In this document: piece after piece, positions 49,958 through 62,020 of the stretch | How the letters are laid out: every line of letters begins with the position of its first letter | Position numbering within the stretch: the first letter of the stretch is position 1 | Assembly: GCA_973895155.1 (NCBI GenBank) | Contig: OZ316894.1 | Location: 14,585,680-14,649,679 of the forward strand | Source: Marsupella aquatica | Taxonomy: Eukaryota > Plantae > Marchantiophyta | Direction of reading: 5' to 3' | Length of the DNA stretch: 64,000 bases | The notes under the pieces: generated by a model | The model's input: the letters and a program-made list of their open reading frames with translations, nothing else | The model's database searches: none | Told to the model about the DNA's origin: nothing | Translations under genes and position numbers: made by a program

Positions 49958-52900
49958 TGTTGGGTATTTACTCTTACGTCTAGGTTAGGTATGACGTGGT
50001 TGGTACAACTACGTGGTTAGGTACAACTACGTGATTAGGTACAACTATGTGGTTAGGTACAACTACGTGATTAGGTACAACTATGTGGTTAGGTACAACT
50101 AAGTTGCACACTATATCATAAGAGGCATGTGTGCTTGGAGAGGTAGAACCAAGGCTCATTGTTATGGAGCCACTTGAGAGATAGGAAGAGCTTACACTAT
50201 GGAGATTCGGTATAGCCGACGGGCTTAGAGTTCAGTAAAGCTCTCTTGTGTGTTCCCGTGGACGTAGCCTCAAGGAAATGAACCATGTATCTCTTGTGTC
50301 GACTATTGTGCGTTGGATAGTTCATGGGCTTGCCGTTGCGATCGTCGTCTATGCTCAACAATTGGTATCAGAGCATGCTTGGGAGGTGACGTGTGTTCGT
50401 GACGGGATTTCATGACGGTTTTTCCAGCGTTGAGTGTTGGTGGATTTCCCGGAGTTCTGTCGCATGGAACTTGGAGTTTATGGGCTCAACGGATAGATCA
50501 GGGCAAGAGCTTTCTAACGGTGTGAAGAAATCGCTGAACGGAGCTCGTGGTGCAGAGAGATCTAAGTTTTCGTCGTTCTGGATTTTGTGAAGAAAGTTGG
50601 CAATCGACTCGGAGGGAGAAGCGTCAAGTGTTTTGACTCAACAGAGAGATTGACGCAAGACGATTGTTTTGAGTCCGGGATTGGCTCTTTGATGCAAAGA
50701 GGAAGGCTAAGCAAAATCAATTACCTTGTTGGACTTGGTGACGGCACCAAGTGCAATTGATCAACATTCGTTGTTGACAAGGTACCATTTTTTTTCTCTT
50801 TGAAAAACTGATTCGAAATTGGCTATGGCAATTGAGAGAAATCTGTCATCTTTACCAATTTTTTTCTCCCTCGTTCTTTCCTCGTTTTGGGTGCTTCTTA
50901 TATCGATCTTCACCGCATCGGAGTCTAGTTTCCAAATCTGAAATCAGATCTTGATTTCGTCAAAACACGAGTGAGATATCTTGCGTTTGGTGTCGAGGGG
51001 TACATTCTATAGTGTGTATTTTCTGCGCGCGCGACCAGATTTCGACGACGAAGGGTGGTAGGGGGTTTTGGGGGTTCGAGGACACGTGTCAGTCCCTCGA
51101 TTGTTCTTCCAAAATTCCCATAGGGCCTGTACAAGGGTCATAGAATATTCCAAAAAAACCAAAGAGCTATTTTTTGACCGTCCGACAAAGATTTCATCCG
51201 CCGATTGGTAACTTTTTTGGTTATTTTTCGGCGAGGTCGTAGCCATTGAAGTTGGCAACGCGGCGCACAAATCACATCGCAATTCCGACAACGGGTTGTA
51301 CTTGGTATTTCGGTTATTCCCTGAGGTGGTCAAAACGGGGGAGTTTCCCAAGGTTTTACCCACCTCGACCGAAATTTGAATAACTTTTCCGTCAAATTTT
51401 GATTTTGATTTCGGTTTTCAGTATTGGACTCCTAGCTTTGTGGGCTACGCGGCGGTGTTGAGTTTTGAGTTTTTTGAGAAGTTGTGAAAAACAACATTTT
51501 TTGTGATTTTCTCATATGAGTGATTCGGAGGAGTTTTTCGAAGACGTGGAACTTGAAGCACGAGGATCACCGCGGAGGTTTCAGGGGCAGAGAGAGGAGC
51601 AGGAGGAAGAGCACGTGACACTGATACCATCACCGGTGCGGCGCGTGGTGGAGGAAGCAGTACTACTACCGGAGCTCACGGTAGTGCCAAAGAAGAAGAT
51701 GGGGACTTTCAAGCTTGGGGGACCCAAGTATGAAGTGACAAAGTATGATGGGCGCTCTGACTACTTGCTATGGGAGAAGCAGGTGAAGGGAGTGCTCTAT
51801 GCGTCAGGGATGGGCCAACTGCTGAGCCCTCGTGAAGACGATGTTGATGAGAAACAATGGGACCGCATGCAGGAGCAGGGAGTGTGGTGTGTTACACTCT
51901 ATCTCATGCCTCCCATCATCAAGCAGTTGGGTGCACATAAGGATTGCATGTCCTTGTTTGCGGAATTGCAGAGCAAGTATCACCGCAAGGAGTTGTCGAA
52001 CCGGCTCTACACTTCCTACAAACTGATGAGTTTCAGGATGAAGGAATCCGGTACGAAGTTGCAAGACCATGTGGATGCTTTCAACGACATGGTCGTTGAC
52101 TTGGAAAACCTTGGGGAGACTTTGAATGATGAGACAAAGGCTCTGCAGCTTCTTAGTTCATTGCCTCCATCTTACCAGTCCCTATCACGAGTGTTGTTGC
52201 ATCGTGATAGGGATACCATTTCATACAATGACGTGGTAAGTTCTCTGCTTAGTGATGATCTTCAGCAAAAGATGCACATCACGTCACAGCCTTCATCATC
52301 TGGTGCTGCCCTCAATGTTAACCGTGGGAGGAGTATGCAGCGACCAATTGGGGACCGTAGAACCCAGTTTAGATCTAAATCCAGATCTAAGTCCAAGGGT
52401 AAATCCCCTCAGAGAAGGCAGGTGACATGTTGGAAGTGCAACCAAGTTGGACACTTCAAGCGAGACTGTAAGGGAAAGGCAGCGGAAACTTCATCGGCAA
52501 ATGTGGCTAGGGCTGATGGAGAAGCTAATTTACTCAATGATGAGTATGTTTTATGAAGCCGGGGGTATGCCCTGTGCATGTCATCTAGGAGAGCAGATGA
52601 TGTGTGGATTCTTGATTGTGCTTACTCTTTTCATATTTGTTACATTCGTGAGTTTTTCAGTTCTTACTCTGTTTCAAACGGTTCAGTTCTGATGGGAAAT
52701 GATCACTCCTGTCAAATTGAGGGAATTGGGTCTGTGAAGATTCAAATGTTTGATGGCGCTGTGCGCACAGTGTCCGGAGTCAGGTATGTACCTGGCATGC
52801 GTAAGAATCTGATTTCACTCGGTGTGTTGGATTCAAATGGTCATCAATGGAGCGTTATTGATGGTGAACTTCAAGTCAGGTTGGGAGAGACAGTGATTTT

Positions 52901-54768
52901 GAAGGGGAGTAGACAAAAGAATTTGTATGTGTTACAGGGCAATACTGTATGTGGAGAGGCCAATGTAACCAAGTCTCACGAGGAGATGACTCAACTGTGG
53001 CATTCACGGCTAGGCCACGTGAGTGAGAAGGGTTTGGCTATCTTACGGAAGAATGGACTCATTTCTGATTTACAATCTTGTAAATTAGAGTTTTGTGAGC
53101 ATTGCATTCTTGGAAAGCAGCATCGTCGTGCTTTTGGTGTTGGAACTCATCGTTCCAAAGCGATTCTTGAGTACATACGTAGTGACGTGTGGGGTCCATC
53201 CTCGACTCCCTCACACTCTAGAAAGTTGTACTATGTATCATTTATTGATGACTACTCAAGATTTGTGTGGATTTATTTCATGACGCATAAGTCTGATGTC
53301 TTGTCCATTTTTAAGAAGTGGAAGGCCCAGGTGGAGAATCAGACTGGAAACACGATCAAGTGTTTGGATACAAGGATGAAGAGTCTGAGGTTAGACAACG
53401 GCGGGGAGTACACTTCAATGGAATTTGAAGAGTACTGTTCAGAACAGGGGATAACTCGCCATCTCACCACAGTTTATACTCCGCAGTAGAATGGTGTCGC
53501 TGAGAGGCTCAATCGGACACTGTTGGAGCGGTCACGGAGTATGTTGAGCCAATCAGGTTTACCACAAGAATTTTGGGCAGAAGCTGTCAATACCACAGCT
53601 TATTTGGTAAATCTTTCTCCTTCTAGTGCTATCAATTTCAAAACGCCGTTTGAGATGCGCTATAAGCGGCAAGCAAACTATCATGGCTTGGTAGTTTTTG
53701 GAAGTGATGCATATGCTCTCACACCAAAGCAGAATATGACCAAGTTGGATCCTACCTCCAAGAAATGTGTTTTTCTTGGGTACCAGAGTGGTGTGAAAAC
53801 CTATAGGCTATGGGATCCTATTGCCTGTAAGCTCATTGTCAGTAGGGATGTTTCCTTCAATGAATCCAGATTATTGAAGGAGGGGGAGAATACTCAGGTC
53901 TCACGTACTGACAAAGGAAAATCTTCTATCCCGGATCTCGTTGAGGGGGAGATTGGTTATGAGGTGCATGACCGGAGAGAATGAGTTGCTCCAATTATGG
54001 AGCTGGTTCCTGTGCCAGAGGAACCAGAGGAGTTTGTTGATGCTGGTGAGCAGCAAGTGGATGCTTTTGAGCTTCAAATTGTACCAGCACACGCAGATCA
54101 ACCGGAGTCATCGGCTAGAAGAACATCTGGTCGCACTGTACGCGCTCCACCAAGGTATGGACAGTGGGTTGATTCATCTCAACTGCAAGAGGATGATTTT
54201 ACAGCTGATGATGAGGGTGATGCGTTAATTTTGGAAGAAGGGGAACCTTCTTCATTTCATGAGGCAAGTGCTTCAAAGGAGAAGCAGAAGTGGACTGCAG
54301 CAATGCAAACGGAGATGCAGTCACTAAAGGACAACAAAACTTGGGAGCTTGTTAAGCTGCCTAAGGGTCAGCAAGTGGTGGACAGCAAGTGGATTTACAA
54401 GCTGAAGGATAATTCCATAGGAGTTGGATCGAAGGTCTACAAGGCTAGGTTGGTAGCAAAGGGATTCACACAAGAGAAAGGTGTGGATTACAATGAGGTC
54501 TTCTCACCAGTTGCTAAGTACTCTACAATACGACTATTGTGTGTACTTGTTGTAATCAAAGTCTGCTGCTAGATCAGATGGATGTTGTCACAACTTTCCT
54601 CTATGGCACATTGGAAGAGGTGATCTTCATGAGACAACCGCTAGGTTTTGTGAAGAGAGGACAGGAGGAATTGGTTTGCAGATTGCTGAAATCTTTGTAT
54701 GGGTTGAAGCAGTCACCAAGATAGTGGAACAAGCGGTTTGACGATTGGATTCGGTCACAAGGTTTTCA
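49958..54768 (+). mobile_element. Copia LTR retrotransposon (Tork/Tnt1-like), 3'-truncated within RT
   Basis: 403-bp 5' LTR TGTTG...CAACA (49958-50360) with internal 18-bp repeats (TACAACTA.GTG.TTAGG). PBS TGGTATCAGAGC at 50363-50374. gag-pol follows. Confidence 0.92.
51516..54768 (+). pseudogene. Copia gag (51516-52556, intact) and in-frame pol (PR, IN, partial RT) with stops and frameshifts
   Basis: CWKCNQVGHFKRDC; WILDC; LWHSRLGH..CEHC; SDVWGP; RLDNGGEY; [12 protein letters not shown]; LYGLKQSPR. Confidence 0.93.
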
Positions 54769-55976
54769 CTTGGGGCGAAATTTCACTTCGAGTTGGAAGG
54801 GCAATCGGCTGCGATTTAAGCTCAGACTTTGCCAGAGCATTGGAAACAGCGAGAATGTATCACTGGCAAAGTTAGAGCTGCAACCGACATCGTTTGGTAT
54901 GCACTTTAGCATGCGCGATCTGCTACGTCTCCAGTTTCGCGATTCTGAGCTTGGGGCGAAATTTCATTTCGAGTTGGAAGGGCAATCGGCTGCGGTTTAA
55001 GCTCAGACTTTGCCAGAGCATTGGAAACAGCGAGAATGTATCACTGGCAAAGTTAGAGCTGCAACCGACATCGTTTGGTATGCACTTTAGCATGCGCGAT
55101 CTGCTACGTCTCCAGTTTCGCGATTCTGAGCTTGGGGCGAAATTTCACTTCGAGTTGGAAGGGCAATCGGCTGCGGTTTAAGCTCAGACTTTGCCAGAGC
55201 ATTGGAAACAGCGAGAATGTATCACTGGCAAAGTTAGAGCTGCAACCGACATCGTTTGGTATGCACTTTAGCATGCGCGATCTGCTACGTCTCCAGTTTC
55301 GCAATTCTGAGCTTGGGGCGAAATTTCACTTCGAGTTGGAAGGGCAATCGGCTGCGGTTTAAGCTCAGACTTTGCCAGAGCATTGGAAACAGCGAGAATG
55401 TATCACTGGCAAAGTTAGAGCTGCAACCGACATCGTTTGGTATGCACTTTAGCATGCGCAATCTGCTACGTCTCTAGTTTCGCGATTCTGAGCTCGGGGT
55501 GAAATTTCACTTCGAGTTGGAAGGGCAATCGGCTGCGATTTGAGCTCAGATTTTGCCAAAGCATTGGAAACAGCAAGAATGTATCACTGGCAAAGTTAGA
55601 GCTGCAACCGACATTGTTTGATATGCACTTTAGCATGCACGATCTGTTACGTCTCCAGTTTCGCAATTCTGAGCTTGGGGCAAAATTTCACTTCGAGTTG
55701 GAAGGGAAATTGGCTACGGTTTAAGCTCAGACTTTGCCAGAGCATTGGAAACAGCGAGAATGTATCACTGGCAAAGTTAGAGCTGCAACCGACATCGTTT
55801 GGTATGCACTTTAGCATGCACGATCTGCTACGTGTCCAGTTTCGGGATTCTGAGCTTGGGGCGAAATTTCACTTCGAGTTGGAAGGGCAATCGGCTGCGG
55901 TTTGAGCTCAGATTTTGGCAGAGTGTTGCAAACAGCGAGAGTGTATCATTGGCAAAGGTAGAGCTGCAACTGACAT
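54769..55976 (+). repeat. 181-bp tandem array, ~6.7 highly similar copies
   Basis: Units start CTTGGGGCGAAATTTCAC at 54769, 54950, 55131, 55312, 55493, 55674 and 55855. Confidence 0.95.
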
Positions 55977-56039
55977 CCTCTACTGCTCCCAATTTCTATT
56001 TGTCGTCTAAGAGTACATTCTAACAACAGTTTCAGCTTT

Positions 56040-56480
56040 GTGATGGCAACGGAGGAGATTGCCCATCTCAAGGCTTTGCTTGAGAAAATCTTAGTTGTGG
56101 CTGAAAACTCCGCAATTGAGATTACCACGCTCAGCAAGGAGGTGACGGAGCTAAAGAATGAGAATGTCAAGCAAAAGAGGTTGATTAGTGATCTTCGATC
56201 TCAAACTCAGGAGAATGGTAAGCAACTCTCATTGCTTGCATCGTGTTTTGGAGACATGGAGAAGAGTATGTGCCCAGAGAAATCAGTGATACATGAGGCT
56301 GTAGGGGAGATTGAGGAGAAGCTCAAAACCTTTGCACAGGCTGCAAAACAATCACATATGGAATTTGTCCAAGCCAAGGAGGAGGAGAGGAGAGCACTAG
56401 AAGAAGAACACAAGAACCAGCATGCAAGAGTCAGCAACTGCAAAATATCAGGCCTTGTTGAGGAGGAGAAGGAAGACATC
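56040..56480 (+). pseudogene. LINE ORF1-like fragment (coiled coil plus the start of an RRM), truncated
   Basis: Heptad region ITTLSKEVTELKNEN.., KTFAQA, then RVSNCKISGLVEEEKED (R..N..I.GL.E motif). Confidence 0.6.
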
Positions 56481-57802
56481 AACCCTAACTTTGGCGGTTT
56501 TTTTAACTCCCTAACCTGAACTCCAAAAGTGCTACAATTTTTCCAACTTCTTCTACTACATATAATCTCTACTCTAGAAATATTTAAGATTTTTTGGACT
56601 AATTTATGTCTACTAATAAAATACCAAAAGATGTCAATATAGTATAAAGTCGCAAAAAATAAGAAATTATTCCAAGTGCCAAAGAGCCAAAGTGTTAACT
56701 TGCGAGATGTTAATGGCCCTAACTTCCAAACTACATGTCCATTTTGCCTAAAAAAATTAGGGTAGACTTCTCTATCTAAAAATGTATGTACTCGCTAAAA
56801 ATTAGAGTTTTTCATGACCTACAAAGATTCCATTTTTTACTAACCCGTCCCCCACAATGGCTGAAATTGCTAACCTGTCCTCCGTTCTATTTTAATTACT
56901 TCTTGCCCCCCACCTTTTTGTATGTTGGGTTTACTTAACCATAGGAGGTAACCCAATGCTGGCCCTCATTGGTTGGCTGCCACATGGCAAGGCGCAATTG
57001 GGTGCGCTTCACCCCAGTCCTCCCACGCTCCACGACCGCGTCCACAACGACAACCCTGCCTGGGCCAGGCTCCATCCTCTTGCGACTACCCCCCTTTCCC
57101 CTCTCACGACTATTCCTTGTCTTCCCCTCTCGCGACTACTCTTTCCCCTCTTGTGACTACCCCTAGCCTTCATTGCTTGCAACTACCCTACCCCTGACTT
57201 GATGTTTAGGGCCCTTGCTTGGGCCGGCCTTCCTCTCTCATGACCACCCCCTCTTCTTTCCTCGCAAGCCCGGCCCTTAGTGAGCCCCACACCCTTCCAC
57301 AGCTTGATGACACATCTTGCCCCGACGACCCCAATCGCGACGACGACCTTAGTGAGCACCCTGTGAGGCCCCAACGATCGACATTGAGGCCCGACAACCA
57401 CTTTTGACCCAACAGTGGCCGATTACTACTTTGCGGCCAGGCCCTAACCTATTTTTACCCAAAAAACCTGTGAATGTTTATACATTTGTTTGTTTACAAA
57501 TTTGGCCTTGCGTTAGGGATCGCAACTGACAGAACATAGTGCGAGTGGGCGATTGTCCATGGTGATCATAATCAAAGGTCAACAATGTGTTCAGGGTGTG
57601 ATTCAAGTGCACTAGTGTGATTGGAGCGTGAGAGAGTGGGCAAACTGCAATAGAAACACATTTGTGTTGTTGCTGTCTACCAGAAATTATAATTGTGAGT
57701 GTCATTTTTCACAGCGTTAGCATGCTAGTTTTTATAGTTAATAGCTACCACGTGTTGTTGCTTATAGCCTTGTACAAATTGCTCTACTGTGTTGTAGGAG
57801 CC

Positions 57803-60080
57803 ATGGAATCAACACAGCCACTCCAATTGAGAATAGGCACGACCTTTGAGAGCTGGGAGGAGTTGAAGAGAGCCATTGTTGATGATGGAGTGAGAACAAA
57901 GAGGGTGATTGTCACACAGAAGGACCACAAGCGTCGGCGAGGAAAGACCACTGGGGAGCGAGTATACAGAAATTCCGTTTGGGATATTCATCTCGGTATT
58001 ATGGTAAGCGCGGGGTTAACGGGGCTACGGAGTGAGTGGTTTACCCGAAACTAGAAGCAGACAACGGGATAGCTTCCGTTTTGGAGGGTTCAATGATTGA
58101 TAACTGGCTCCAAGCTCATCTTAGAAGTGGAAGGTTAGATGTCGGATGAATGACCCTAGCCTAGGTGAGAGACAATATCATTGGAACCTAAGGGCCACCA
58201 AAACATCCAGAATCGAGACCATAACCATCACCCGGACACACCTAGAACACTCTTGTGAAGTTGCAGACCATTACAGACGTAGAATGCACTCCAATTCTGA
58301 TCGCCTTGCAGATCGCATACTAGATATCATTCAGAACAACATACAAACTAGACCTTCATTCTTGAGAGATACAGCCCAGGCACTAGTTCATCTTGACATC
58401 AAGTACCACACTGCATACTCTGCTAAACAAAGATGTCTGAAGCATCTAGATGGAGATCAAACTAAGTCCTTCAAGCTAATTCCCGCTCATTGCCACCATA
58501 TCGTACAACGTGATCAAGGGGCAATGGCAAAGTATAGAGCTCCAAATCGTCAATTGGCATGGATATGCTTTTTGTCTGCCTTTCCGCTTCCAGGAAATCG
58601 TTTGGTCACTGCAGGCCAATGATTGCATTAGACGGCACCCACACACACGATGCATTTACCCTGGAATACTAGTGTTGGCCACTACACTTGATGCCAATAA
58701 TACTGTCATTGTGCTTGCTTATTGTTGGGTGCCATCAGAAAATGAGAGCAATTGGATGCTTTTTCTGACATTGTTGCAAGATGCCATTCCAGACTTGAGC
58801 AAGCTAGGGACTGTCTTTATTTCAGACAGGGAGAAAGGTTTGACTCATGGAGTGCCAGACATTTTTCCCCATGGGCATCTAGCGTATTGCTCCTGGCATC
58901 TTGCAAAGAATGTGCACAAACATCATGGGAAAGAAATTAGAAAATTGTTTGAAAGCTTGCCTTATGCTGTCACTCCAGCAAAGTTCAATGCCCGGTTGAC
59001 ATGGATTGAAGAAAAGAGCAAAAGTGATGCTGACTACATTAAGAAAATGGCAGATCCAAAATACTATTCAAGAGCTTATTTCCCCAATCAAAGGTAAGTG
59101 TTGCTTTGTGTGTTTCTGATTTCATCTGTAGTTTACAGTCTAGGCTTTAAATGAAACCATGCTCACTTTCTGAACCAATTTTGTGACAGATGGGGCCATG
59201 AGACTTCACAACAAGCTGAAAGTTGCAACTATGAGGTAACCTTGAACATGTCTTGCCAAATTTGGGATTATATCATGGAAAAATACTTTGAAAAAAAGAG
59301 AATTGGGTGCAGGAATTAGAACCCATTTCCCTCCCAACATTATGATATATTTGAGGGAGGTTGAGGAGAAAGCCACTCATCTTACTGCCCATTCTTCAAC
59401 TCAATCTGAGGTGAGAATAACCGATGATCAAAACATTCAGTATTCTCCAGTTGGAACCAGAGTGGTCCTGCACTTGTGGTGACTTTTAGGATACTCTTTT
59501 GCCGTGCATGCATGCTTGGCGGGCCTTGACTAGATTGTACAAGAGACATTATAATTATGTCTCTCCATTGTACAACACCAAAATATTCAGGAAAACCTAT
59601 GAGGCTCATTTGCTTGCCTTGGTAAGGAGTGACTTGTTGCCAGATCCAAATTGTGGTCCACCATTGAAGAAGCGAATGAGAGGGCGGCCGACTGAGAGAG
59701 TGAGGATGCAGTTTGATGATTCAGAAGTGTGTCGGCTCCCTCGGAAGTGCAAAGTGTATGGTGACCAAGGACATGATAGGCGGAACTGTCCCCTCCGTAT
59801 GGCGGCAGCTCAAGCCACACGAGCAGAGAACAGGGGTCAGCTTTGTGATGATGGGACGATGGAAGAAAGTCAGCATATCGACAGTCAGCACCACATTGTG
59901 TCCTCAGATCATTCAAGTGATAGTGATGACTCTACATTTGTTGGCCAGACCATGTATGAAGGCAACAGTCACACTGTAGTTGGTTGGGGAACTCAAGAGA
60001 GTTGCGAAATTGACAATTTCTCTCAATTGTTGTCCACTGTAGAATTGCAAGCAACAGATCATTCAAGTAGCTTCAAATAG
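57803..60080 (+). pseudogene. MURA-type transposase (MuDR, MULE DDE, SWIM, CCHC), degenerate, with an intron at ~59094-59189
   Basis: LRIGTTFESWEELKRAI; WNLRA..EHSC; LDGTH; LDANN..LAY..ENESNW; FISDREKGL; YCSWHLAKN; CTCG..LPCMHA; GHDRRNCP. Confidence 0.92.
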
Positions 60081-60362
60081 CTTGTATAACCTGGTACACA
60101 GGCCTTTTGTAACAATTTTCAGGAATGAAATATCAGCCAACAATGCTGATCATTTTGCAATAGAATTCAATCTTGTCATGGAATGATTTACAGTGCCTTC
60201 ATTGAAGGTGAAGACACAATTACATTGAAACATGAAAATTTGTTTATTTAGCTGCAAAGGTGCACCATCACAGACAGCATGGAATATATGTACCAATGAC
60301 TATGTAGTATCTACAATTCAGATACTACTCTACATCATGGGCAGGTTTCAATAAGCAGCCCT

Positions 60363-61412
60363 TTATGTGTGGCCCTTCTGCATATAATCTATTGCCTCTG
60401 CCCACGTCTTGAAGGACTTGAACTTGCAATTAATATATCCCCACACTTGTTTCTCACATTCATCCCATGTCAAATAAATGCCCGGTTGGAAACCACGAAC
60501 AACCGCATAGAATTTATGCTTTTGCCCTTACCTCCATGTCAAGGCTGGACCAGGAACATTATGGTAATGGTAATGGTAATGGTAATGTATTATAAGCTCC
60601 GGGACCATGAAAGTCAAAGGAGCTGCCACAAAAAGTAAAGTACAGTGCAATCAAAGAAAAGAGCAACCAAAAGAGATTGCTCAGAAGAGGACAACTATGT
60701 CCTCAAAGAAACTATGGACCTAGAGAGCCCTGAAAGATTTTCCAACCTATTCTCCTTTCCCTATCCACCGCAAAGATATATCTTCCAAGTTGCTGAGGGG
60801 GCAGACCAAACAATGCATACAAATCTTTCACCAAGATTTGAGATGCCATCCTAACCCCCTCATAAAACTTGCAAGCAATGAATACATGATATTCATTCTC
60901 TATACTAGAGCTATCACATAGTTGACAAACCCTCTTTTTCCTGTCAATATCCTTCCATCTCCCTTGTTCTACTTCAAGGTGGTGTGAGCTTAGTCTATAC
61001 TGAGCAATAAGTTGTCTAAGTTGTACTGAGATAGTGCTAGATGGACTTCTGCTTTCCCTCTCCCAATGTCTTCTGCTCTTCTAAAACCTGAGTCCAGACC
61101 TGAGCCATGGAGATATGAGGTTGTCCCTGGTTCAGCCTTTGTCAACTCGCCCTTTGTTGTGGAATGTCTCTCAGTAAATGTCTGCTCACATGGGTGCTCA
61201 GGCAATGTGCCTGACGGTAATTCTGGAGCACTGGGTTCATGGTTGTAAACCCCAGGTCTACTTGAATCAAATGACTGCAGACAGTGGTGCAGGTAGTCTT
61301 CAGCATGGACAACCAGATTCAAGATGACATCAACCAAGGTCCTAAGCACTCTAAGGGTCGCCCAAATGCAGATCAAAACAGCCTGCACAAGATGGGTAAA
61401 CTTTATTGCCAT
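60363..61412 (-). pseudogene. Second (mudrB-position) gene of the MULE; the last exon encodes an RNase H1 N-terminal/Cauli_VI RNA:DNA-hybrid-binding domain (60521-60363)
   Basis: KHKFYAVVRGFQPGIYLTWDECEKQVWGYINCKFKSFKTWAEAIDYMQ, not listed in the ORF track. Acceptor GGCAG| at 60623; in-frame TAA at 60530-60528. The link to ORF 60990..61475 is inferred. Confidence 0.75.
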
Positions 61413-62020
61413 CTCCTTTGCCTTGACACCCTTCCTTCCTTCCTTCCTAAGTTCACCCTGCCCTTGCCCTCCCACTGCCCGCCCTTCACTGAACTTAGTT
61501 AGGATCCTGAAAACTTGAATGTGTATAGTACTGCAGGGCTCAAATGTGGTAGCATTCAGGTCCCATTTTAGTGGGAAAAACGAGTTTGTCTGCAGGAGCT
61601 AACTCTGTGCACATTCCCCCTTTTGTTCCCCCTTTCGCCCTGGCCTAAACCTTCATTCCTGCCCTCCTCCTACATTCAATTGGACGTCACGTTGTGTTGT
61701 CCATCGCCCTTTGTTGTTATCTCCATCAGCCAGTGCATGCCTACTATTGTTAAATGTGTAAACATTCCAGTGTGTTTTGGTCGTCGGGCCTGCAGATTTT
61801 GTCCAGCTGGGGTTGTTGTTGCGGCTGGAGTCATCGATGCAAGATGTGTCGTCAAGCCCTGGGAAGGTGTGTGGTGTGTCCCATGGCTCCCTAAACCCAA
61901 GAAACCCCCAGCTCAAGCCGATTCCCGCAGGTTTCGCGCTTGGCGAGGCCGTTTCCGCCTTAGCGGCATGGGACGCTGCTAACTTTCTACTACTACTATT
62001 AACATTTTACACACATATAC

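Larger units (their letters stand above)
56481..62020 (+). mobile_element. Mutator/MuDR-like DNA transposon with two convergent genes; ends approximate
   Basis: mudrA-like gene on plus, second gene on minus. Diverged inverted repeats at ~57282-57390 and ~61775-61890. Confidence 0.7.

Noticed and set aside
54769-55976. CRISPR-like array, or repeated 73-95-aa ORFs
   Set aside because: Units are contiguous and near-identical with no unique spacers and no cas genes. 181 is not a multiple of 3, so the ORFs are artefacts of the repeat.
57934-58147. ~210-bp foreign segment interrupting the MuDR domain
   Set aside because: Probably an insertion (possibly a LINE 3' fragment), but no TSD or motif could be confirmed.
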